A DNA stretch of 64,000 nt from Schizochytrium sp. TIO01 (lineage: Eukaryota; Protista; Bigyra: Labyrinthulomycetes): assembly GCA_004764695.1 (NCBI GenBank), contig SMSO01000032.1, forward strand, positions 3,318,483-3,382,482. The letters are read 5' to 3'. The translations under genes were made by a program, and so were the position numbers. The notes below the pieces were generated by a model. It was given only the letters and a program-made list of their open reading frames with translations. It was not told the DNA's origin and did not search any database. Positions 41,378 to 53,044 of this stretch are shown here, piece by piece. How positions within the stretch are numbered: the stretch's first letter is position 1; every line of letters begins with the position of its first letter.

Positions 41378-44300
41378 CTTGCTTTATACAAGCGAGTATA
41401 GAGGAGGGCTTGTTTAATTGGTGGTACACGGACCGTACTAAAGCTAGCTTGACAGTTGAAGATGTCGGAGGTTGGCGAAGGTGTATTATGGGTTTGGTTC
41501 AAGACGTTTTGGGCCTCTCCACAATTTTATATTCTCATTTTAAAAAAGAAATCGTTGTTTCCTTATATCTCTTATATCTCCCTCTAATTTGTGGGTGGTG
41601 GATTCTGACAGCTTATGGGCAGTAAAAGAAAGAAAACCTAATTATATTCGACTCTTTCGGGAACATCAAAACAGGGAAATTGTTAGTCAGAACAACTTTT
41701 CTCTTCATGCATCGTTTCGACGCGGGATCGTGTTAAAGAATAGCATGAGATAGTACATTACTATGTCGAGCGGCTCTCTAGACACTTGGCCTCTAGAGGC
41801 AATTGTGCTCCCTGTTGGGACATTATGTAACTGTCTTTTGGAGAGAGACTCAGCAAACACTTTTTTTAAATTAAATTTTGTATACCTCGTTTCCTTATTT
41901 TCGTTTCTTCCCAAAGTACCATATAGTATTCGAATACAAGACGCCTGGGGTTTCCTAGATTCTAGCCACCTGGCAGGTACTTTCATCACTATTTGTTTAT
42001 TTTACGGCCCGCCTGTGAGGAAAACGCAATGAGCATGTTTTAAAAAGCTTGCTTAAAAATTTGAACTAAAGAAAATCGATCTCTGTTTTCTATGTATCTA
42101 AGAAGACAGATACTCGTATTCTATTGAATTGATGAACTGATATAGTACCGCATAATGCAGTCCCGAATACAAGAGCTAACCTGTTTTGAGGGAGCACAGT
42201 TAGAATCAAACCCTTGAGGGGACGGCTGAATTCGTGGCAAGTGACATCAGCTTGTGGGCTTGCGACCCTTGAAATCCAGTTTTTGACGACACTTTTAGAC
42301 TTATCTAATGCAAGATCGTGCATCAACTGGGCTGGAGACTGACGCTGACCTAAACATGTACCATACTTTTAAAAAAGAGGTGAAGTTGTAATGCGTATTC
42401 ATTGTAGAATGGGTTCAGAGTTTTCATTCAGTGGGCACGCATCGATTTTTTTTATTTAAGTATAAACTATTTCAGACTACAAATATTTGAGGGCTCATCG
42501 AACAGGAGTTATGCGATTCAAAGAAGCGACGTGTTTACAGCAGCAACTGCGTATGTATCTGAATTCCTGTTGAGATATGGAGCTTACCCCTCAAAAAGCT
42601 AATCGTGTCGAAGGATTGGCATATTAGTTTGGGCCCTTCTACCAACTCATAGAATCTACCCCTAATTTGTTGAGAATTAGCTGCATCAGGTAATGCCAGA
42701 AGCCAAGCTTGGCATGACACGTAAAGAGTATTCTTGAATTGCACCACAAGGTTAGAAACAATATCGTGTATCCGTCGAAAAATAAAAATTTGTCCAAGAT
42801 CAAACTCTCCAAACTTTATCCAGGCTTTGTTTTGTACGGACCGAGAGGCATTAGAGATCTTACCCTGCACGCGCTTTCTCAATTATGCAGCTTATCGTTC
42901 TGCTGGCGTTCGGAGGACACAGCACATACAACTCACTTGTATAGTAACCGGTGCAAAATAAGATAAATTGAGACCGTCTCTGCAACTCCGAATTCGCTGG
43001 ATAAATTTAGTACCAAGACCACAAATACTGGTTTTGGAGGCCTTGATCCGCAAAGTCGCTGAACATTCGCTAATTCCCTTGTTTAAATGAGGAAAACCCC
43101 TCAAAATACCATACGCTGAGCTTTGTGGCATAGGCAATGTCCACGAGGCTCTACAAAGCAATTGCGTAGCCTGGAGCCTCCGTGCTGTAATAGCGGAAAT
43201 AATTCTTTTTTCAATTCTTTATTCAATTCTTTATAGCGTTGTGACTTGGTTTGTAGAACTCAGTTGTTCCATTGTCCTTTCATGATTTATTGTTTAGGTT
43301 TTCATCGCATACTTTTTTTCCAGCACTCAAAATTCTCTAAACGTTAAGGAGTACAAACTTCGTTCTGTAAAGGAAACTCAGAGAAATGATATTTGCAGGT
43401 CAGCTCGGAGGAATGCATTCAGTTACTTATACTGCGAGTACGTTTTAGACTTTCCTACAAGTCCCGAGGAGTTTCAATATAGGGTAGCAATTATTCCTTT
43501 TTAGATAGACCGTGCAATCTTCCTTCAAGTGGCATCTTTTAGGTTTAGAAGAAGCAACTCAGGGTCATTTAAGTTTTTAATTCTGAAACCTGGGAATCAG
43601 AAATTCTCAGCAGGCTTGCTGTAGACGTGACCAATCGCGCGGATCGTTGCTTTGATAGTATACTCCATCGCTCCATGATACTTTGAAGTAACCGACATGG
43701 AAAAAAGCTTCCCTCCACTGTATTTTCATCAAGTCCGTAGCTTCAGAGTGTCCCATTTCTTCAGTTTCATCGTATCTCTCATTCGTCGACATCTTTACTT
43801 CGAGCAAGATAACGCGAATCTATCTCTGTATAGGATTAATTATGCGTCTTGTTGCGGACCGCGAAAAGCTCTATGAAGCCAATACCTTAAGGAAGAACCA
43901 AGCTCTATGCTTTGATAGAATAAGGCGAAGGCAGGGGTTATTACAATAACATTGAAATGCCTTCCAAATCACGTGTTGTTTCTCAGAGAGAATGATCTCA
44001 ACGACTTCTGCCCTTTCAACACTTTTGGTTTTTGCTTACTTTGTTCATCTTTAAAATCATTTTTTTCTTTTAGTAAGAATGGCTAATAAAGTTACCTAGA
44101 TAAGAGCAAGTTGATATTGAAAGGCTTAATTACAATTGCTTCTTTCTGCTAGTAAGAGTGAATGTCAACTGTAAACAAGCAAAAGGAAATCAAAGCTATA
44201 GATTTAGGTTGTTTCGTATATTTCTTCAAACAAAGCTCGAGGTAACACGGATTCTGGTCCAACAAGTAAATAAGTCCCGTACCTAGCTAAACGTGGCAGG

Positions 44301-46432
44301 TGTACTCCAACTGATCCCTCCGTGGTGCACCTGTGAACCTTAACAAATACGTGGAAGAATCCAATAGTTCAAAGGCGGACAGCACGCGTTTGCTTTTGTT
44401 CACTGAGGCAGGTCCCAGCTCAAGTAGCCAAGGAACACCTGTGAAGTAACTAAATCGTCCAGTTGGTCAGGTGCGTCAACCCCCTCAAGTTCTGGCTACC
44501 ACGTTGGTCCAGGCTTCCTGGACCCTGGTCCTTATAAGAGACGAACGAGGAGTGAAAGCAATATGCGAGATTGACCAATGGGTTTGTGTCACGTAAGGAG
44601 TCCAGCCTTTGGAGCTTTCACGCAAGCGACGCAGTAGCACTTTGAGACGCAACCTGTCAGTTAAATATTCGAAGAAAAGGTTTTGATCCCCCCGAATAGA
44701 TTTGAAATTGTTTCTCGCTAAACTATCTCAACAGAGTTCCTTGGGAGTTGAAAGAAGTCCCATCCCACTGCCCCTGGCCGGCCTTAAATACCTCGATCAC
44801 TGGCACGGCCGAGTCTCTCACGTTTCATATTCCATCTCGGTCCGGTGCTGCATGTGCAAACAAGTGTCAATGCTTCATGACGTGTTCAGAGAGGTGATAA
44901 GCTTGAATGCAATCGAAAGTAAGCCTGGAGAACGAGACTAGGCTACGAGTCGATTAATGAGGGAGTTTCTCTTATAGTCTCATCACTAGTCCTTGTTAAT
45001 TCAATTAATTAATTAAAAGTTAGTTCTCAATCTAGCACAGTGCCATGGGCCGCTCTTGAAAAGCTGACCTATTCTGATGGTACGCTTTTTTACTGTCCCG
45101 TGGCGAAGTCCCGAAATCGGGAAAAGAAATATAGACCCAGTCAGTGGTAGGTAGTAAAGAATCGAGTAACATATCTCGCGCGTACATTGCTGGTACAGAA
45201 ATTCTATTTCACGCCACCACTAACTAAAACTAGACTAATAATACCTTGGAAATTCTGTTGTTTGACACTCGGTCTTTCATGTCTTTCAAAGAGTTGAAAT
45301 GCGGCAGATGTCTCATAGAAGGAATTCTATGGTAACACCTCTGCCTACCAATAGGTAGTGTATCCTTTTGCAATTAATTTTTTACAATAAAAATAAGGAG
45401 AGAAGGTTATATGTAGTTATTAAATTAGGACAAAGGTATTACTATAGAATCATGAGCAAATCATTACTGTTGTGCATTGACTTGAACGCCTATCTTAGTT
45501 GAGCAATTGATATGAATACTCTTACTACTATTTAGACTAGCGAGGATGAGAGGAAGCGAAGAATATAAAGTAGGTTCTAGTTTAATATCTATTACTAGTA
45601 GTTTCTGTGCTACAATTTAGCACTTCAGTGTATGTTTAGCAGTATTAATTCTTTCTTTCTTTTGGTATCATGGAAAGACAATCTCCATCTTCCTGGCTTT
45701 GCCCATTATTCACAAAACTAAAACCTCTTTCATAATTATTATAATATATTTTGATTTCTTCGTTTCCACTTGGTGAATTTTTAAGACTCAACCTGATTAT
45801 TTTTGAACTGGGCATAACTTTTTTTTGTAGAAATATTTTCACAGATAGAATCACAATGAAGACATCAGTGAATTAATCATCAGGAGATCTTACTAACTAT
45901 AATATACAATAATATAGCGGATGTTTTGAAAGTAAAGTCCGGCTTAGGACAAACTGTCCTCGGTTGATAATTAAAATAAAAGAGCTGCTCAAGATCTTTA
46001 ATGGAGTGGTTAAGATGCATGTCCATTCTATCTGCCTGCGCTGCCTATAAGTTTTGCTGAAAACTAGAGACTTTAAACATAAGTACGGTCTTCATTGGGA
46101 GAACGCCAATGAGAATAATTACACGTGTTGCACTGGATTTGAACCTCAAACTAACAAATTTATTCTTGATTCACTGTGTGAGAAAATGAACCGCTTGAGA
46201 CTCATTAGAGAATGTATGATTAGACATCGCAGTATCAGCTTGAGAGTGATTAAAGAAAGGTTGGCCCAGGCATATTTCCCAAGACCCGAGTAATTAGTCT
46301 TATAAAGTATTGATAGAGGACACTTTGAACTCTTGAAGAACAAGAAAAGCGAAATCTTCTCTAGTGTTGATCACTGCATGCCAATGCAACGTCGCAGAGT
46401 TCGATAGTTTTCAATATTAAGTTCCAGATTCT

Positions 46433-46541
46433 CTTAGGCAGACTTAATTCTGATAAAGTAGACAACTCTGTACTTAGGCAGTCCTAAAGTCGACAACTCT
46501 ATATTTAGGCAGACCTAGCTTTGATAAATAGACAACTCTAT
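46433..46541. repeat. Three imperfect tandem copies of ttaggcag...taaa(g)tagacaactct
   Basis: Visible directly; the middle copy is shorter. Lies just downstream of paralogue F. Confidence 0.7.
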
Positions 46542-46667
46542 GAAAGAAGAAAACATGAACTTAGAATTCAATGAGAAAGAAGAATCAGGGGTATCACTTC
46601 TCGGCCAAAACAAATTCGCGGTAGAATGAAGATTTTATAAAACAGTTAACCAAGAGAAGAATGATGT

Positions 46668-47738
46668 TTAAAGGTCGCAGATTGAATCAACGAGTGTGTT
46701 AGCTGTATCCTTAAGATCTGCTGCTGAAGACTGAACAAAGAGAGAAGTAGAATCGTCAAGAAACTTCTTAGTCTTGGAGGTACCGATTGAAACAAAGATC
46801 AATGTAACATCATCCTCAGTTCCTGCAACACCATCTGCACCATTCACGAGGTCCTGTGCTGCAGCAGACAAGCATTTAGCAGAGTTCGATTTGTATCCAT
46901 TGCTAGCGCAGTAACCGTTCGAGGTAGACCTGCTGGAGGAAATGAAGATAGCTGTACGCTGAACATTTTCACGAACTTGAGTTTGGGCAAATAGGTTCTG
47001 AGCATAGATGAGACCACCAGCAAAGCTGCTCTTGGACGTGCTGAACAAAGAGAGGTCATCCGTGGCATCCTGAAATTCAGTCATATCGGTTGCCTCAGAT
47101 TCTTCAAAGGTCCATTCAGTAGATGCGTCGTCAGCAAATTCGATCATAGCAAGGCGAGTGGCGTTGGAACCGAGCTGGAATGCGCTACCGAGCTGGCGGA
47201 TGTAATCCTTAGTATAAGTCCACACAGAGTTGGATTGCGATGATGCATCGACAATAAAAGCAATGTCATGGGCCTGCTCTCCACAGGAGTCAACAGGGTC
47301 AGTGTACATAGTCGGGGCCCCAGACGTGGGGGAGGGGGTCGGGGTCATAGTAGAATTAAGGAGCTCGCGACGCAAATTATCCTCAATGTCGGGGCAGTCA
47401 CGCTTTCCTGAGTAGAATCCAGGGCGGTTTTCAATCGCATAGATTTGCTCGTCTTCAAACAAGATGCAAACATCTTGTGCGCTGTCTAGAAAAGTCCAAT
47501 CAGTGCAATAAGCATTAGCATTACACAATGTGTAGCAGTAGGAGTAGGTCACATGCTCAGTTTTATCAAAGTAAAATGTTTTGAGCACGATACCTTCGTA
47601 TTGTACATTTTCCTCAAAACAAGACGAGGTCGGGGCACTTGTAGGCGCAGCGGTAATGTTGGTGCCATTTACAGATGCAGATACGCTTACCACAAGTAGG
47701 CTAGCGACAAAACCAACGAGTCGAGATGCAGTGTGCAT
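46668..47738 (-). CDS. Paralogue F: signal peptide, single PAN, short linker, VWA with degenerate MIDAS
   Basis: First in-frame ATG at 47738 (MHTASRLVGFVASLLVVSVSA). PAN CYTLCNANAYCTDWTF..CILF. VWA DIAFIVDASSQS; the MIDAS T and TDG positions read SSF and ISSS; GADGVAGTEDDV is kept. Confidence 0.88.
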   Translation of the reverse strand: MHTASRLVGFVASLLVVSVSASVNGTNITAAPTSAPTSSCFEENVQYEGIVLKTFYFDKTEHVTYSYCYTLCNANAYCTDWTFLDSAQDVCILFEDEQIYAIENRPGFYSGKRDCPDIEDNLRRELLNSTMTPTPSPTSGAPTMYTDPVDSCGEQAHDIAFIVDASSQSNSVWTYTKDYIRQLGSAFQLGSNATRLAMIEFADDASTEWTFEESEATDMTEFQDATDDLSLFSTSKSSFAGGLIYAQNLFAQTQVRENVQRTAIFISSSRSTSNGYCASNGYKSNSAKCLSAAAQDLVNGADGVAGTEDDVTLIFVSIGTSKTKKFLDDSTSLFVQSSAADLKDTANTLVDSICDL

Positions 47739-50700
47739 TTTCAATGAAAGTGAAGCTTGAGCGACGAGAAAGCTTTGTGGGTTTGTATGCCACGCACAAT
47801 GCTCACTTCGGATGTTGCGCAGGCGATGATTGGGGTTTGCTGGTGGCAATCCTGGTTTGCACTGCAACAAAAATGTTTTCTATGAATATATAGTTGTTAG
47901 GAGATTCACATAGATACTGTTATTACATTTCTTACATTTCTTTAAATGCTCATTTTAAAAAAAATAAAAAATAGAACATGAACTTGTCGTAATGCGTGTC
48001 AACATAGAAACCTCATAACAAAGTAAGAAAGTTAATCCTGGGGGTTTACCTTGATGTTTTCAATGCAATAGCACGCGACATATGCTTCCTCGTCTACGAT
48101 TTATGAGCACCATAACAGCTTGCAAGAGAAAGACACGTTCATGATTATCGTTTTTATTTTGTTCTTTATTTTAGTATTATTAAAGAAAAAAGGAGCTCCA
48201 CTAATAATAGAAGTAAACTCGAAAAGAAATAGAACTAACAAGTCTTTGTATAACGTCTAAGAGAGAAAGAAAGAGGTCCATGGGACTCGTTGCGAGTGAA
48301 CTAAGGGCTTTGATACCTTTAGCCGTTCGATTGCCTATTCTTCCACTTATCAATATTTTTGGTGAGGTTACAAGAACCCCCAAATAAAACATAATTGCAT
48401 TTTTTATTTAGTTACATCTTTTATGACTGGGATTCCTATTTCTTTTTCTTTTCATATAAGCATGCCAACTAAGTCATTAAGAAAAGGAGGAGGAAGAGGA
48501 GGAGTTTTAATTTTCACAAAGGCTCTGGAAACATGTTTTACCCCAATCTTCTTTCTAAAGGGTTTGGTCGACGGTTTTTTGTTGCCCTTGCCCTACGATT
48601 AAGCTTGCAGCATAGAGCCTCTATGCACCACATCGCATCGAACGTTTGTCTGGATACACTGATTTGTAGCGTCGTCACGTTTGGGTCGGCTCCTGCTCCT
48701 CCGTTGCAAAAGAATTGTATCCCCGCATTTTTTATTTTTTTCACTATCTCACGTCAAAAACCTCCAGCAAGCTGCATTCTCATGTAAACGAGATGAAAGA
48801 CACCCGTGTCTTTCAATCTGATAATACGTTTCAAGAAGGCAAACTAGGAGAAAGAAGCAGGAATTGTTTTCTTTTGTTTTCTTTAAAACACAAACAACAA
48901 TGAAAAAGAAAAAGAAAGAATGTATTTTAACTTGGTTCGCTTTTTTCAGGGAACACGCCATAGACTTTGTTTCAATCATACAAAGGCTACCTTAAGAAAT
49001 GAAAGAATCGGGCCTCAAGTAGCCTCTGCCAGTATATGATCTTGCCTCCTGCACTCTGTTTGATATTGTATTCTCTGACACCCCCTTCTGCTAGCATTGC
49101 TTTTTAAAGTTAGCTAGTCAGCACCTTATCCATCAAAGGTGCACAACGAGGTGTTTCATCTTCGATTGAGGATGCAAAACTTCAATTTAATGAGTTTCAA
49201 GTTATGCCTGTATGCTGCTTTTGTGCGACTTATCTCAACCACTGCTTCTAACTGCTTAGGTGCGGTTTTGCTGATGCGAGGGTAGGAACTTTTATGGGCC
49301 TCCTTCAAGCCCCAGCACGCGCATGTCTTTGCGCATTGACTTGGCTATTCCGCATACTTAGGAGTTACAGAGTGTTCTCCAACGCTATAGATCGCAGAAT
49401 GGACCTTGAAAATTACCGACCAAGTGTTGCTGCTGTTGCTGGAACTTCGTGACGTCTTGGCTCACTGTATATATTTGATAGGTCCTTGGCAGCAAAATAT
49501 CCTGGTGATCACTCCTGATCAGTTCTTTTATTGAAAATATGCCAAATCAGTAATGAATGAATTTATCTAAATGCAAATCGTCGTTTCTTTGGCAAATTTA
49601 AGATGGGCACTTCTGATGATGAAGCGGTGCTAGAAATATATTTAAAACTTTAATCACTCAAAGCTGGGCAGGCGGAGGGAGGGAGGGTAAGTTAAACTAT
49701 TTAAAGCCTGAGCATAGGAGGGCTTTCTTCGGCGTATCCCTCATACAGGCCTAGTATCGATCCCTCGCTGTGCTGACACTTCTGCTATACAGGATCTCAA
49801 TCGATGTTGATGTGGCTCCTTATCACGTCAACGATTGGCGTTGGCTGGTTTCCCATTCCCGCAATTCTTCACCAGCCCTCCTGACCGCATTAACTTGTTG
49901 ATCTCTACTGCAACATGAAGGAGGTACGTAGTGCCAACATAATTTGCACCTACGTGTATTGCTGTATTTTATTTATTTAGTGTCGAGTGTGCGTTCATGT
50001 TGAGCACTCCACGTCTGTTTCTTTTACTTCTTGTTCGTTGAGGTACTGTGCCCATATAACAATATAGCCTTGGGCCGAAAACTGACGAGCGCTCAAAGGC
50101 CCTGAAAACAACCAAATTTCTAACTAGCAACAAAGAACAGACTGCAAAATGACAGAAGTTTGGAAATAAGTTCTATGAATTCCAAACCTGGTCTTCAAAA
50201 TCATCCTGTAATACTATCACAAGCGGCGTTACCCGTCGCTCTACCTAAACTGAATCGAACTGAATCGGGATAATCCCAGCGTTTCAAAGTGAGCACAAGA
50301 AGCGAGCCCATAATTAGGATATACCATTGCGGCAACTTGCGGTCGGCCTTGCTGGTTTTCGCTGGCCAGCCGCCACCGATTCGAGGCGCAACCTCCTAGT
50401 ACTTCGCACCTCTCCTCGAACAAATTGTCCCCCTTTTGCACTGCTGGAACTACTCGTCATCGCTCCTCTCCACTTTTCAATTTAATTTTTCGTTTTTTGT
50501 TTTCCTTTTTCCTTTTCCCTGTTTTTCCTTTTTGTTTCATTTTTATTTAATAAATTAGAATCTCTAACCTATCCATGTAGATAATGTAGATAACAGGCAC
50601 GGACCGCAAGGCATAACTAGATATCCCGAGCAATGAAGTTATCATCGCATAGTAAGTTTAGACGGCCGCTAGGGTTGCAGAAACTCAAGGCAAGGTTTTG

Positions 50701-51129
50701 TCTTGTCTTGTTTTGTTTTGTCTTGTTTTGTTTTGTTTTTCAAAGTTTATTCTTCACTTCAAATAAATCTGTTTCGCTCACTTATAGTTGGTTTGTTTGT
50801 TTCCTCTTTACGTTTTTTTTCATCCTTGCTTTCGTTCTGGTTTATTGTTACAAATCTAGGCATAATCCCGTCTACGATTGTCGATATCATGCACATTGCT
50901 CTACTCCTTGAACCCCCCTTACAAGAAAGGTAAAGTCTAATCAATGTGATGGAGTGTCCAATTTGGCTTTCTGCAAGCTGAATGTTCAGATAACATTTTC
51001 ATTCGTTCTATTTTCAGTATCACAAGTCACAGCAGCTTCATTCTGTGTATTTCTATATGGTGGAAAGCCACGTGAATTCGTCGCTTGTCATAGTAGTCTT
51101 GAAATAAAAAAACTTATTAAAATGCATCC

Positions 51130-51700
51130 TCTTGGTTTACATTATGAACGAAGCATCACTTACATTCAGGCTTGGAGAGGTACCTCGTTGACGCAGTTTG
51201 CAGTGAGATATCCGTATCTTGTATCTTGTAGGTTGGTTTTGATATCTTGGGACTGATGATGATGCTCCACTTACGAAGATTCCCGGACTTGAAGTCAAGC
51301 CAACGCCTTTGGCTTGAATCTCAACGAGCTCAAGAACAGCCTGTAAAATCTTAGAAGGTTATTCACGTTTAATAAGCGTTTCACCAAAGCATGGAAGATA
51401 GAACTCGTGGCAAAGTTCATGACTTGAAATATACCGATTCATTTGAACACACAATCTCTCATGATAAATCGAAACTCTCACATTGGCAACCACCCAAAGA
51501 TGAGAGCCGTATGCCTATTACTCTTCACTGGCAACAGACATACCCTCGCCCGTTCGCTTACGAGATGTCCGGGGTCTCAGTCCTGCTTTCTGGCAATGAC
51601 CTCGGGGCCTATTTCCTATTCAGCCCCCCTCAAAAGCTTCCTACAAAAGCTATGCTCGGCAGTCACCAGGTTTTCCAAGTACTTTGTTCTAAAAAATCAT
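51130..51700 (-). pseudogene. Frameshifted protein kinase remnant
   Basis: Manual minus-strand translation across frames, in kinase order: KVLGKPG; EVIARK; HTALIFGW..FIMRDC; LVEIQAKGV, then frameshift to LDFKSGNL; YKIQDTDIS; TRYLSKPE. Confidence 0.45.
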
Positions 51701-53004
51701 CTCCTTTCCATCTATTGACTCAAGATTTAGAGCACCCAAGCATTAACACTTATGTATTCTGAGGAGCTGACATTATACTTTAGTTTCGGTTCGTCAATAT
51801 CTGTAGTTGTCGCCGATTTTACCACTGCCCACGTTATCTATAATCCTTAAACCTCTTCGAGAGGTCAACCTGTGCGTGGAGACTTTGAAATTCATTCGAT
51901 GACATCAAGAGAGAACCATATAAGTTGTAGTAGCTAGTTTTTATTATTTCTAGTATTTTCAAAGTGAAACAAGAATAATAATAAAAAGGCGTGAACTGAT
52001 CATCATGTTTTTATCATAACGAGAGCGATGTGGTTTGCGTGCCCTGAGGCCCAAGAAGTCTCAGCGTACTCCACTGTTGGCAATAATCATGGCGGCCGGC
52101 ATCCCTTGCAATCTCCATTCTCTAGCCTACTTGCTCTCTCGCCGCCATTTCATAATACATTATCTTCAAACCTATACTTTTAGTTGACCCCACGGTTGCT
52201 GGGTGGACAATCTATATCGCCCCTCCTTCAGCTCCTCTCGCTTAATTTTGGCCCTCTTACCATAATCTATTACTATAATTTTACTCATAGCGCTTCTATT
52301 TATTTACTTTCTGAAATAATTTTAAGTTATTAATAAAAAACTGATAGGCCTGAAAGCTCTTTGCTATTGCACACAATGTTATATGAAGCAGAAGAAATTA
52401 GGAGGTAGTTATTCTAAACAGTACGCCTCGGTGCGACTTAATTACTACCTAAGTGATATCCCAGGAGGGCTCTGGGTGTTTCAAAAGTATAGTTATCGTC
52501 ATGATGAAGATGAAGAAGCAGAACTTCGTGCGATGCTCAATATGCCAGCTATAGCTGAGTTTTGGGCGCTATCATATGATCAAACTGCTAGACCAAATCA
52601 AAGCTCGTCGATTGCGAAGACTGAGTGAATCACATCTTTAGTGTAATAGGTTAAGTAGTAGTTTTGTACCATGAGCGGTGACATGAGCAGTGGCATGAGC
52701 AGTGAGAGTGTTAGTGTGGAAACCTTTTGGCCTTTGGGCTATGATGTTATGAGCAGTGCACACTCGATTGTTTGCCGAGCAACCCGACACCGAGGTGTTC
52801 GACTTGTAATATTCCTTCAGTCTCTCGTATCACGAGAATTGTAAAGTTTGAAACTAAGAGTCCAAGCCAAAATACCTTTTGCATCATAGTAATTTGGCTT
52901 CTATGCTTGAGCGCTATAGGTAGGTATTATCAAAACGCCTGGACAGTAGATCAATCTTTATGGAAACTCTGGATTTTCCTAAGAGAAAATAGCAGACAGA
53001 AGTC

Positions 53005-53044
53005 GATTGATTGATTGATTGATTGATTGACTCATTGATTGATG
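53005..53044. repeat. (GATT)n microsatellite
   Basis: gattgattgattgattgattgattga. Confidence 0.85.

Noticed and set aside
49400-49440. ENYRP resembling the LINE reverse transcriptase NYRPI motif
   Set aside because: No downstream RT motifs.
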